Part shown: piece after piece, positions 49,300 through 62,158 of the stretch
Layout: each line of letters begins with the position of its first letter
How positions within the stretch are numbered: the first letter of the stretch is position 1
NCBI GenBank assembly: GCA_903813345.2
Contig: CAIIXF020000001.1
Span: 11,470,001-11,534,000, forward strand
DNA: 64,000 bases
Source of the DNA: Owenia fusiformis
Lineage: Eukaryota
Direction of reading: 5' to 3'
The notes under the pieces: generated by a model
The model's database searches: none
Told to the model about the DNA's origin: nothing
What the model saw: the letters and a program-made list of their open reading frames with translations, nothing else
Made by a program: the position numbers and the translations under genes

Positions 49300-52100
49300 G
49301 TACAATCATCAGGTGATAGCCAACTCCACTTGAAAATACATGTTTAAGTATGATCATTGTTTTGTAATTTTTTGTACAGTCGTCGGACACGAATATCTCT
49401 AATTTGTGATTGCCGTACAACAATATTATTCTAATGATGACAAGTATTATTTAATGGTGATTGTTTTAGATTATTGATTTAAAATGCTCAGTTTTCGTCT
49501 AGTTCCCAGCTAATCAAAAAAACATTTGATATGATATCTGTATTGTAAATACCAATCTATCTTTTTAAATACAGACTGTCTATAAGATCATATGTGATAA
49601 AGTGAACTAAGTTATCTTTTGGCCACACTTTAAAGATATTTTTGAAGTACTCAAGGGTGGGAAAAAACCCAAACTTAATGATGTTGACATAACTTGGGTG
49701 ACACCAGGCAAACAAAAAATATATAAATCCATAACAGAAATTATATGATCTAAAAATCAAAGCTCACCAGGGCTCATAGGCCAAGGAAAAAATAGCATTA
49801 AGCGCAATACAGAAGACCATGTTCCCTTTTGGTGGGCCTTAAAAATTGAGGTCCAAAATATTCCAAAATCCGTTTCTACCCAGATAAACCGGGCATTTTA
49901 GGTTACAGACTGGCATTACTGGGCATTGGTTTTTTAATTTTGAGCCTATTTCTAGAAAAACCCGCTCTTCTCTACATAGTGGGTATTTTTTATAAATCTG
50001 GAATTATCTGGCATAATGTTTTTCTAAATTTGGGGGTTTGAGTCCAAAACAACCCAATAAGGTTAAAGATTAACTTTCCTGTTATCTCAAAATCTGCTTT
50101 GAACTGTACCATTGGGTTTCTATTGGAAATTCCTCAAAGATAAAATTAAGGAACGGGTACCATTTACACAATTTGAGAAATTATTGGTAAACATGAAACC
50201 TAGCATTTATATTATTCAAAAGCGAATAGGACCAATGATTTCCAGTCCTCTGAAGTTTGAAAATGAAAATACCTGGGTGTTAATCCATAGATAATCCTTA
50301 AAAATTAGAAATATTTTTTGGGGATTATATGGAAAACATAAGGAAAATGCATGAAAAAACTCTCCCTTCTTTGTCTTATAGTTATTTCTCCACACCAAGT
50401 AACAGTATTTTAAGATCATATTATAAGTAAGAGAATAGTAAATGGTAAGAAGGGACTTCTTCGTTAATAAATCTTTAATTCCATATAATACACCAATACA
50501 CATTATGACGTGCACGGACCTGGGGACAATTCGGGAAATACGGGCTGATCTCAGCTTTGAGCGTTAATCTCTGCCTTATTTAAAAAGCTAACTATGTGTT
50601 TTATATATCATTTTGAAGCATTTTTTATTCGCAATTCAGTGATATTATTTTTCCTTCAAAATTTTGATGGGATCAAACATATTTTTTAAAGTTAAATATA
50701 TCCCGACATCGTCAAATACGCTGTAAGACGTAACACTTTAAGCTTACAGGGCTCGTTGAAATTGGGATAACTTTTGAAATAAGGATCAAAATTCCCCTAA
50801 AATTTCAAAATTTATTCAATTTAACATGTTCATTTATTACGTCACAATTGCTTAACGGCTACAGTTAAAATTATCTTATATGAACGCTTTTAAAATTTTC
50901 AAAATTGTGTAAGGTTTTGAAGGCGAATGGGACGAGCAATAAGTTTACCTTCATTTAACCTTCTAATTTAAGTCTGATTTGAAAGAAAAATTAACTGCAC
51001 AATATTGTCATGGCGAAATTTACAAAACAATAACCAGTTTGTTTATTTTGCAAATAACATTAAAATAAGACCTGGTTTTCGAGACTTGAAAAAATGTGAC
51101 GCATCAATTTTTTAAAATAAATTCCATACATATCAATGTTTACCAACGCCCCAAGTGGATTTCTTGACCGTTTTTCAAAATTCAAAAGCATTTTAGAAAC
51201 ATTGTCCTCGAGATCTTGCTACCCTGCGAATTTTGTCATGATTAGATAAGGATAAAGTATTTTATTTTTAGGTTGACTAAACTTGAAAAAAATGTGACGC
51301 TTGTCGTTTTTGACGTTGTAAGGCTATTTGCGCCCTATGCTGCTCATTGTTTTGTCTTGGTTTTTTGACGCCATAATGTTACGCTAATTGTCCCCAGTTT
51401 CGTGCGACGTGTAACTGTGATATTTTGTTTTCAACATACAGTATCTAATTTGATCTTTAAAAGATAATTTTTATCAAATATAACTACCAGAAAGGAGTTT
51501 GTATTTACTTGTTTTACAGTTTCTTGCCTGATGTTTAGGTCCCTTGGGTCTTTGGACATTTAGCGATAATATATTTGCTTTTATCCAGTCCTCCAATTCA
51601 ATGTTTGCGTTTTTCATGAAGTGATATCATTATGTGAGATAATTACGTGTGTGTCACCTGCAAAACATATAAATTCAAAGGTAATATATTATATTAGATT
51701 TGTGCACGTCATTAATGTAAAAATAAATAATATGGGTTCAAAGACAGTACCCCGAGGGACTCTATGAGTTATATCTGAGATCTTTGACTTGTTTTTTTCA
51801 AAAAAGACAACCTTTTTACGATCACTGGGGTACTGGTGAACCATGAGAGAGCCTTGCCATAGTGTGAGAGTTTATCAAGGAGGATGTTATCGTCAATGTT
51901 ATCAAACGCTTTTGGAAAATCCAATGTTATATCAAGATATGGTATTTTCTATCATTGGGTTGCCTTATTTTTTCAATGAACGTTTATAGGGTCATATGAT
52001 TGATTTGATTTGTTTTATTAATCTGAATTGGTGTTCATAGAAAATTTCAATTTTTTCAATGAATTAGAAATATAATTAGCTTGAATTGTCACATATTTCA
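49300..52100 (-). pseudogene. Degraded non-LTR retrotransposon (CR1/L2-like LINE) RT and 3' region, interrupted by DNA elements
   Basis: Minus-strand remnants in the expected order: YEHQF (~52030), LDFPKAFDNIDDNILLDKLSHYG (~51860-51925), VPRGTVFEPILF..INDV (~51705-51760), FAGDT (~51655), IGVLYGIKDLL..KSLLTIYYSL...YCYLVW (~50390-50498). Outer boundaries are approximate. Confidence 0.75.
50506..51411. mobile_element. ~0.9 kb non-autonomous DNA transposon inserted in the LINE
   Basis: Inverted termini ACGTGCACGGACCTGGGGACAATT / AATTGTCCCCAGTTTCGTGCGACGT. Exact ends and TSD (TA or ATA) are ambiguous by a few bases. Confidence 0.7.
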
Positions 52101-53691
52101 TTTAACTTACAAAACACATCTAAAAAAGACTGCTAAGGATCAGCAATTCATAAGGTACACACATTTGTTGAATACATGAACTACGTAGGAGCATATCACA
52201 TAAAATGTGAAGAGATAATGAATGTTGAAGAACACTATTTTGAATGGATAAATGAATCGGTGTTCTTTGTGAATGTGTAAATTCCCATAAATGATAACTC
52301 AAGATATTTTGATCATTGCCCAAAGTTGTTGTATTAATCGATTCTAAGCCGGGTCTGTACTGCTCTAATAGATGTTTCATGCCATTGTAGAAGGTGCCAG
52401 AGATCTTTGAGCGAAATGAAAATGTTATTTAAAGATTCGTCCCACACGTCGACGTTAAAGACTCAACTGCAATTGAATTCTGTACTGTTTGTCCAAGGTA
52501 TGAGTATGATCTTCTAAAATGGCTAAAAGCCTGAACTAACATACATCCCCTTGGTGCTATGGGTCTAGACGAAGTGGCAGATTAGTTGGAATATTTCATA
52601 AATTCACCCCTCCCTGAGAATAACAGTCTTTAATATCCCATTGTCTTTTTACCACTTTTCACATTTCATTTACCTTTAGAATGTAACTTAATAAAAATAA
52701 TGTTCTAACAGTGTACTCGCTGGTGGCTTAATTTGTTGACTGACACGAAGTTTTCGTAAAGTATTTAGGAAATCGAACAAAAACTTCCTCTGATATCTTA
52801 ATGGCTATTATCCCAAATTCTTAAGGATTTGTGGATTTTCAGAGGGAATCAATCATGCTGGATTGATTAGAAATCGTTTTCTGAGTTTATATTTTGATAA
52901 AGAATACCAGCAAAAGCCGCAATTTATATTTGTTTGCACTGTGTATTCATCTCTTGCTTGGTTAATGCACCAGAGGGTCGGGGTTTACCATTAAGAGCGT
53001 GTTATTTTAATCTCCCTTCTCCTCCTCTTTTCACTTGTTTGAATTAACTCCTAGATGTCATAACAAATTGATCTTAATGTACGGATAATGCGGCTTAATA
53101 GAGCCCAAACTTTCAAAACCTCTTTTATTCTACTCTAAATTTACAGACCATAACCTCTTTCAAGCGGATTTGCAAAGTTTGTAAACTAACGGCAGATTTA
53201 GCAAAAGGTTCTTTGTCATGCTTCGCAAAACCAAGTGAAGGGGTTTCATATTCGTCAGCTTCCGAACAATGAATGTCAATAGGTTATATACTAGGTGAAC
53301 TCAAAATATCCATAACTGTCATCAAAAGAGTATTAACTGTTCCGAATGCCCCCTAGGGATTTCTCAAGATATGTTTATCCCAACATTGAAACAATTGATA
53401 TGTCCCAAGAGGGATATGAACATTGGAAACAAGTACCTGATATTGAACAACTGATACTAGAATAATACAGATTGATTCAACATATAGCAGATCAAGTTAT
53501 GCATGATTGATTGAAGTAGGTTCTGTCGCAATCCAACCATTTGGTTGGGCTAACAGCCATTCGGATTGCATAAAGGTGTTGGTGAGCGTAAGGTTCACAA
53601 AGACATCTGCTTGAACTTTAGACATTTTTCTTTTCCAAAGTAATTCTGGTTTCATGATGATAGTACTCTATCACTGCACCCCCTGATTCAG

Positions 53692-53860
53692 TACCCTGCG
53701 TGCAGAGTCTAGTTAAACTACAATGACCATATACAGAACGTCGGTCAAAATTGGCCGACGAGCACTGATTGGCGCGGTGAGTTCACAGGTTTATTTTAGT
53801 TTGAAAGAGTGAAGACGGAACTCTCTTTTAAGAAGTGAAGTCGAACGAATGCAAAGGGTA
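53692..53860. mobile_element. 169-bp non-autonomous element with TACCCT...AGGGTA ends and 9-bp TSD
   Basis: Flanked by CTGATTCAG at 53683-53691 and 53861-53869; partial copies of its right end at ~45826-45873 (+) and ~48915-48968 (-). Confidence 0.75.
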
Positions 53861-56014
53861 CTGATTCAGATGGCTGAAAACCAAGTCTCAGGTCCAAGAA
53901 ATGGAGTATCATCATCCAAAATGCAAGGAAAGCAGTTGATCAGGTTTTTGAAACATCTTGGGTGTTTTTATTTTAGAGGATGGTGGAGATTCACGAACCC
54001 AAATATCTTACAAGTTCCAAACACTCCAAAAAGACTGATGTAAACAGTAAGAAACGATTGTCACCCAGGGCCAACCTTAAGTTCTTTTGAAAGGCCAAGG
54101 CAATGTCTCAATTTCAATGTCACGTGAACTTTAATCATCTTAGTATGTTCAAATTTACACTTTTATATGAGTATCAACTTGAGCTATTGGTAACATTTAT
54201 ACTTTTTATATCAGTATCAACTTGAGCTACTTCTTTTTAAAGTTTTCTCACAGGTGTGATGGTATCCTTACACCGAGCTTTGTTTGCCGAAACCACTTTG
54301 GAGGTGTCATTGAGGGTTTGGAATTTGCAAAGAATCTCACCATTTATTTGTAAGTAGCGGTAATACATGTACAAATATTTATGCATTTACAGTTTTGTTC
54401 AAAATAGTTTGGATATAATGTTCTTTGAATTTTATAAAATACAAAGTCAATATTATACTTGTCATAAAAACGTTCTTATATTGTTACAAATAAATATTTC
54501 AACACTTATGTAAGTTGTATTTTTGGGAACTACTTACATCGAAAGGCAAGTGACATTTCATGAATTAACAAAATTCATTTACATTCTTAAGGCTTTAAGC
54601 CATAGTTCTTGAGTCAAAAGACAAACAGGTTGACAAAGCCAAATACGCAACACTCGAGATTTTGGATACACGCTGTTTATGAATGGCCTTATAAAAAGAA
54701 ATTATTTATTTAGTTTATTTTTCAGATTACAAAGAGTGGGTTGTTTAGGTATAGGGGGCACCACCTGTAGCATATTTTTTCTCCCCGGGGTAACAAACAA
54801 ATTTTCATGTGGATCTTACTGTTCATGTTTGGCAAAACTAAAAAGAACGATACATGTGTTGTAACATTATATGCCATGGTAAAACCAATTACTCAGAGAG
54901 GGGTCACTAACTGGACACTCATTCCTACCATAGTCATAGTCAAATATGTCTCCATTAAACAATCCTCCATTAATCTGTTAATTCTCATTCGGTATGTTAC
55001 AAACACATTCACATGGAGGAGGCGGATATCTCATGAGAGGAGGGAACCTCCCAGAGTTCATCAATGTAATATACGGATGACCAATGATGGATGACCCTCA
55101 TCGCTGATTGGTCTGAATGACATAGGCGCCAACGAAAACAAAATGGCGCGTTTCCAAATATTATAGCTTGTTGTTTTACATCAAGATGAAGAAAGTTGTA
55201 AGGAATATGTGGTACATATCATATCCTGGAAAAATTCACGATACGAAGATTGTATCGGAGTGGTCCCCTATTATTAATTATTTGACGAACTGTAGTATCA
55301 TCATTCACTTAGTCATCGGTCTTTATAAGGGAGCAGCCTCATATTTCTAAAAAAGCAACTGCAAACAACTGCACGAACCAATTTTTTATTCCTTCTGGGC
55401 TTTCTTGGTTAGCCTATATTATTTTGAAACGTTTATCCACGTTCATTATACATGTAAAAGGGACTGGCGGGGTTTATTAAAACAATTATCATAACTGTCA
55501 GTTTTAAAATGCTTTAATTGAATTGAAAATTCGTCAGAACAATGTTTTCACACGTATAAAAATGAAAACACACCTAGGACTGTAGATGCAAACAAGAACC
55601 CTAGCTAGAGCATGAAACATCACCATGGCGCATGCGCAGTGTTAATTCCATATAGATTTATAATCTAGATCATGAATTCCAATCTTCAAATGCAATTATT
55701 TGAAGAGATTCCTCGATTGGATTGTGAGTATAATTAAATAAAGAATCTAGTTGAATTCAAAGACGATCCTATCAACAATTTGTCTTTATTGGTATAATAT
55801 TAACTCAACAGTCCTTGGCTAATACAATAATTTGTCTATTCGACCTGAAGAATGCTAGATAGATCCGTCTCTATAATTATCAATTTAATGAGAAATTAGT
55901 TATTATTATAATCGTATCATTGTACTTCTAAAATTATATCATATATATTATAGATAGGTCCAGTGCGAGAGGGCAATTTCTAAGGTGGATCCAATGTTCT
56001 TTATTACCTAATTA

Positions 56015-56444
56015 CCCAAATGCGAGTAGGTAGTTACCAGTTTCACTACCAGGTGGCTGATTCGGGCCAATTAACATGGCAGGTATACAAGAAAGTTCCC
56101 TTAAACTTGAATATTATCAACTTAAGTGGCTCAATTTTCATATAACCCTTATGCGTCTGATACGTATACTAATGAAAATATGTCCAGTAAAGCAAAATAT
56201 TATCTGTCCACTAAAAGAAAAGATATTTCATTTTTAGTGATTTTATAGCATGGGGTCTATGGGGAATCTCCCCGAGCTAGAAGTCACATTTTCAAAGAAA
56301 ATTAATTTTTCAAAGTTGATTAACACTTTTTAAAACCACATTTCTAGATGTAATTTTAGATGTAGATTTCAAATATGATATTATTTTGACTGAATTTTGA
56401 ATTTTTAATGACGTAAATCAAGATTATTTCTACTCGCATCTGGG
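56015..56444. mobile_element. MITE with CCC...GGG termini (possibly piggyBac-like)
   Basis: CCCAAATGCGAGTAG ... CTACTCGCATCTGGG; flanks only approximate TTAA. An inverted homologue lies at ~22523-22896. Confidence 0.65.
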
Positions 56445-58141
56445 TTATTGTCATACGCGACATGCGTTTCAATCAACAGGAACTCATTGAATCATAAATA
56501 TAATGCTCCTTAGAAGATTCCTAAGCTAATTTACCACCACCCTGCTTTGACTGAAACTAATTATTCCGTATATTCTCATTATCTATCGAATGCTTTTCTC
56601 AAATCGTGTTTTCCAGCAGTTATATCCAATTTTGTTGTAATTTCACTTGAAAGTAAGAACTTTAGTATTATTATATTCGATTAGGTCCTTAGCCCTATTT
56701 GTAAACTATCAAATTACCTTAAATCGTAAGATTTTAAGTATTACCGTGAATACTTATCCGTCACAATAGGCGATTTTAGGGCCCATGTTTTTTGTCAATA
56801 ATTTGTTCATATCTGTAAAGCACTGATGGACTTGGTACTTAGCCACACATAAACATATTTAGAAAATCACTTAACATTATCTCTAAACAAAACATAATAT
56901 ATTAAATTGTCATTGTAAGTTACACAAATCATTTTAAAATCCAATATCAAACAGATTATGGTCTTTGTGGTTATCTAAAATGTCTTTGTTGCTTTGAATG
57001 AAACCTCGTTTAGCATACGAGGTTTAAGTATTGTTGAATTAGGTTCTTCATTTACTTCAATCATCGCTAGTGTCATCAAATCACAGGTAAGTACGGCGTC
57101 GAGAATAGAAATAAAAATTGATACACTGAAACTAAGGGCCGCTATCTTGTTAGGCTCATTTCTTTGATTCAATATAATGCCATTTATAACAATTACAGTG
57201 AGATCATCATAATAATTATTGTATCGTAGAAGTTTATCTATCAATTTATCTTGAATTGACGCTCGTTTTCGATTTTGGTCTCACAAACTACGGCTTAGCT
57301 ACTACAACTACGTTTGCGACTCTAACAGTATCTAAACATATCAAGAATGCTATCTTTTTAATAGCGTAATTAAATGAAATCCTATATGCCACTGAATAGT
57401 GAAATCAAAGGCAATAATTATTGGCTCTTCAAATAATATCTGTTGAAACAATTATTTCAAATAATAACTCTAATTATTAACTAACTTGTCTTTCCCCGGA
57501 GATTCTTTTCAATCAAAATATCATTAAGCCTCTTTGTTACGTTGGGTGAGACACATATAAACACTTTTGCAACGCAGTAATAATTTCCTCTTTTTTTAAG
57601 AAGTAGTTTGGTAAAATACAAAATCGCAGCAAGAATATCCTATTAGTTAAATTACAAGAGATGTGAATCAATTGGCGTATTCAGAAGAACAATTGAAAAC
57701 GTTTTTTATTGCAACATTTATTTGTTATTCTGTAGAAATTTATATGTGTAATCTCTAAGCAGAGTGAAGTGAATTGCTTTGATAATTGCTCTGTGTAATG
57801 TGATACGTGATTGAAATATAGCTTTACATTCAGAGTTCATACTGCACTTGAAAATATAATTATAAATAAACTATTCAAAAGGACTAGAAAACATTCTGTT
57901 TTCTGCAAAGTGCCACTTATGTGCTCTATGTTCTTTAAATAACTACTACCGTTCAAAAATTAGATGGGGGAGGGGGACAAACGCTATCCCATTGTTGCCT
58001 CCCCCTTCCCTCCTCCTAAGGGTGGTAGGTAGTCGTTTTTAAAGCCATGGAGATACCCATTGTATTATTTTGATAGAGTGTAAATATTTTCGTCTTTGAA
58101 ACTATAAGATATAGTAGCTTTGCCAAAAACTAGTGGTTTTG

Positions 58142-60007
58142 TTATGTCACCACCAAAAAGTGGTGACATATTGTTATGGTCTCCGTTTTTTTGCGACGGC
58201 GGTTGGTGGTTGGCGTCCGGCGTCTGGCGTCCGGCGTCTGGCGTCCGGCGTCTGTAACAATTTCTTACAACTTCCTATAACTTAACAAATACTGTTTAGA
58301 CTGACTTCAATTTTTTTCTAAATCATCTACATCTTCTCAGAAGTTCAAATCTGACTTTAGATTTGACATTTGACCTTCAATGACCTTCTCAAGGTCAAAA
58401 AGGTCTTTTTTCAACTTGCTTCACATTGACTAAATTTTTTTTCAAAATCATCTACATGTTCTCAGAAATTCAAATCTGACTTTAGATTTGACATTTGACC
58501 TTCAAATCTGACTTTAAATTTGACATTTGACCTTCAATGACCTTCTCAAGGTCAAAAAGGTCTTTTTTCAACTTGCTTCACATTGACTAAATTTTTTTTC
58601 AAAATCATCTACATGTTCTCAGAAATTCAAATCTGACTTTAGATTTGACATTTGACCTTCAAATCTGACTTTAGATTTGACATTTGACCTTCAATGACCT
58701 TCTCAAGGTCAAAAAATGTCAAAAAGGTCTGTTTTCAACTTGCTTCAAATTGACTAAATTTTTTTTTCAAAATCATCTACGTGTTCTCAGAAATTCAAAT
58801 CTGACTTTAGATTTGACATTTGACCTTCAATGACCTTCTCAAGGTCAAAAAGGTCTTTTTTCAACTTGCTTCACATTGACTAAATTTTTTTTCAAAATCA
58901 TCTACATGTTCTCAGAAATTCAAATCTGACTTTAGATTTGACATTTGACTTTCAAATCTGACTTTAGATTTGACATTTGACCTTCAATGACCTTCTCAAG
59001 GTCAAAAAAGGTCAAAAAGGTCTGTTTTCAACTTGCTTCAAATTGACCAAATTTTTTTTTCAAAATCATCTACGTGTTCTCAGAAATTCAAATCTGACTT
59101 AAGATTTGACATTTGACCTTCAAATCTGACCTTCTCAAGGTCAAAAAGGTCTGTTTTCAACTTGCTTCAAATTGACTAATTCTTTTTTTCAAAATCATCT
59201 ACGTGTTCTCAGAAATTCAAATCTGACTTTAGATTTGACTTAAGATATGACATTTGACCTTCAATGACCTTCTCAAAGTCAAAAAAGGTCAAAAAGGTCT
59301 TTTTTCAACTTGCTTCAAATTGACAAAAAAATTTTTTCAAAATCATCTACATGTTCTCAAAAATTCAAATCTGACTTTAGATTTAACATTTGACCTTCAA
59401 TGACCTTCTCAATGTCAAAAAAGGTCAAAAAGGTATTTTTTCATCTTGCTTCAAATTGACTAAATTTTTTTTTCAAAATCATCTACATGTTCTCAGAAAT
59501 TTAAATATGACTTTAGATTTGACATTTGACCTTCTCAAGGTCAAAAAAGGTCAAAAAGGTCTTTTTCAACTTGCTTCAAATTGACTAATTCTTTTTTTCA
59601 AAATCATCTACATGTTCTCAGAAATTCAAATCTGACTTTAGATTTGACATTTGACCTTTAATGACCTTCTCAAGGTCAAAAAAGGTCAAAAAGGTCTGTT
59701 TTCAACTTGCTTCAAATTGACCAATTTTTTTTTTCAAAATCATCTACATCTTTTCAGAAGTTCAAATTTGACTTTACAAGTTCTCAGAAGTTCAAATCTG
59801 ACTTTAGATTTGATCTTTGACCTTTAATGACCTTCTCAAGGTCAAAAAGGTCTTTTTTTCAACTTGCTTCAAATTGACTAATTTTTTTTTCAAAATCATC
59901 TACATGTTCTCAGAAGTTCTTCTTAAGGTCAAAAGGTATTTTCCAACTTGCTTTAAATTGACCAAATTGTTTTAGGTGGTGACATTTTGTCATGTTAATG
60001 CCTTGTT
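58142..60007 (+). mobile_element. Non-autonomous Helentron-type element with tandem array, copy 2
   Basis: Ends and internal units near-identical to 18154-20057; about 12 units. Confidence 0.8.
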
Positions 60008-60605
60008 CAACGTTGCATTGAATTCATAAAATGGTTAGAGCCAGTTCTAAAAAGCAAGCCCAATATACCTCCTCCTAGAACCCCTCTTTTTACTTTTGAA
60101 AATGGATTCTATACATAGAGGCTGTACTATCCAATATGAATCTATTTGTTGAGATTTGAGTTTTTATGAGAACTTGTGATATATTCGGATATACCATTGA
60201 CTAATGACTTAGCATCGAGATACCATCATGTATGTCACCATGGCGGGATCATGACATAAAAAATCTTTTCTATCTTTTCTCAAAACTCAAGTTGATCGAA
60301 TCTCAACAAGTACATTCATATGGGATAGGATTGCAAAAATCCATTTTCAATAGTAAGAAATGGGTTCTTAAACAGGGCCTTTTTGAAATTTTTGGTGAGT
60401 TTTGGTAGTTCTTCTCTTGGAAATAAGGTTTACGACGCTCAATCAAAATAAATAATGGAAATGATTTAAGGGAAAATATAATTCGATTCAATATATTAAA
60501 TTTTCAGCTCAGTTACAGTATGCATTCGAACATAATATATTGTGCAAAAATCTTGTCAATAGAACAAAATGTGTCCATGTTGATCAATCATTACATCAAT
60601 GACTA

Positions 60606-61410
60606 CTAATTCATAGTACCGCTTAATACAGTTGAAACATCTTCTAAATGTGCCTTGCTTGGTCTTGCTGAAGGTGCAGTTGATATAATAACAGGTATAT
60701 GTTTATTCACATTATGTCTGTCTGTTTGAATTGGAGCAAATTCAGGGTAGTGTTGCTCCGAGTACATCTTGAAAAGTGTCCCAAGGTCCAAAGGAACTAA
60801 GGAGGTTTTTGATCGCCCCAGTTGCCTTAGCTTTGCTGTTGTAATTGATGACCTTGACCTTACAGACAATGACCTTGATATTGACCGTGTATTGGCACTG
60901 TCTTGTTGTTCGACTGAGTCCTCTAAAGCTAGCATTAGTGCATCTCTTGAATTTTGTCCATCAATTGTAGCTTCCAGACTTTCATCACCTGCGATTGAAA
61001 ACGAAGGCAGAATAGATGGAAGCCGGAAGTCAGCATTGAGTGCACTTGCAAATGGATCTGTTTGTCCTTTGACATGGTTGCATTGTGGTGTCCATGATCT
61101 CTGGTACATGGTCATTGAAGTGTTGCCTCTTTTAAGGTTTCCCTGTGTCGACTCCCTCAGGAGGCTGTCTAAAGGGAGTCTACATGGCATTGTCTGACTT
61201 CTGCTTTTTCTAAACTCTTGTTGCATTCGAATTTCATAGCTTTTCTGTACCCATTCTTTCGCATTAAGATAGAACTCGTTGTCTCGTAGTGTCGGGGATG
61301 GGGAGGCCAGTGTAAGGATGTGGTATGCAGACGCATAATGACCATACTTGCAGGATAGTAGGAGAGGGGTGTAACCAATGTTATTGCGTATGTCAACCGG
61401 TAGGCCGAAT
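60606..61410 (-). CDS. Ankyrin-repeat protein (ANKRD63/ANKRD34-like), exon 2
   Basis: tctttttcAG acceptor at 61411. Continues FGLPVDIRNNIGYTPLLLSCKYGH (ankyrin repeat) in frame with the 60606-61226 ORF, ending in a Ser/Arg-rich tail. Confidence 0.85.
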
Positions 61411-61580
61411 CTGAAAAAGAAGATAATATCTAAATAGAGGTTGACTGGAAGAGGCAGGTGAAAATATATCTAATATTGAATATGATTAATAAAATGAAGC
61501 GTGTAATATTAATATTAGCGCATTAATTACTTTATTTATACCATGTCATTTCGAAATTTTACAACTTAGAAAACACTTAC

Positions 61581-62116
61581 TTTACAATGACGTTAACGAG
61601 GATGCGAACCACCTCAGGATCACCACAGAGAACAGCATGGTGTAATGGTGAGTTGCCATCGTTGTCAGGATCGTTTATATCTAAAATGTCCTCCTTTAAT
61701 AGTTTCTTCAAGATCTCAGCTCTGCCTTTCATACATGCATAACTAAGAGCAGATCTATTCATATTGTCTTTTAGATTCAAAAATGCCCCAGCTTTTAGAA
61801 GTACTTTGGCCATCTTCAATCCATATTCAACATTATCGAGAAATGTTGTAAGCATAAAAGCTGTTCTTCCATAGTAATCTTTCGAATCCACATTCGCGCC
61901 ATGTTTGTTCACTAACAAACGAACTTGGTGTAATCGGCCATCCAGAACAGCTTGATGGAGTGCCGTTTTCATCGGACGCTTGGGATGAACAAGTTTATTG
62001 GCAACAGCGATCGTTGTCCTCCCTGGTTCTCCAGTATCATCCATTTTTGGAGGAAATTCTTCTCGTATCGTGTGAAGGTTATTCGAGTTTTCGAGTTTGT
62101 TTTGAAAAACTAACAT
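61581..62116 (-). CDS. Ankyrin-repeat protein (ANKRD63/ANKRD34-like), exon 1; spliced product 446 aa
   Basis: GCCGCCATG start; repeats TALHQAV, GRTAFM, RSALSYAC, GNSPLHHAV; GTAAGT donor at 61580-61575 (phase 2, 170-bp intron). The family assignment is from recalled similarity only. Confidence 0.85.
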
Positions 62117-62158
62117 GGCGGCTTGCTAGGTAGTAAATCCTCTTATAAGCTATTTATA
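62112..62158 (-). promoter_or_regulatory. TATA-like box and Kozak/YY1-like motif of the ankyrin gene
   Basis: TATAAATA at 62158-62151; GCCGCCATGTT at 62122-62112. Confidence 0.45.

Noticed and set aside
60769-61197. Plus-strand 142-aa ORF
   Set aside because: Antisense shadow of ankyrin exon 2.
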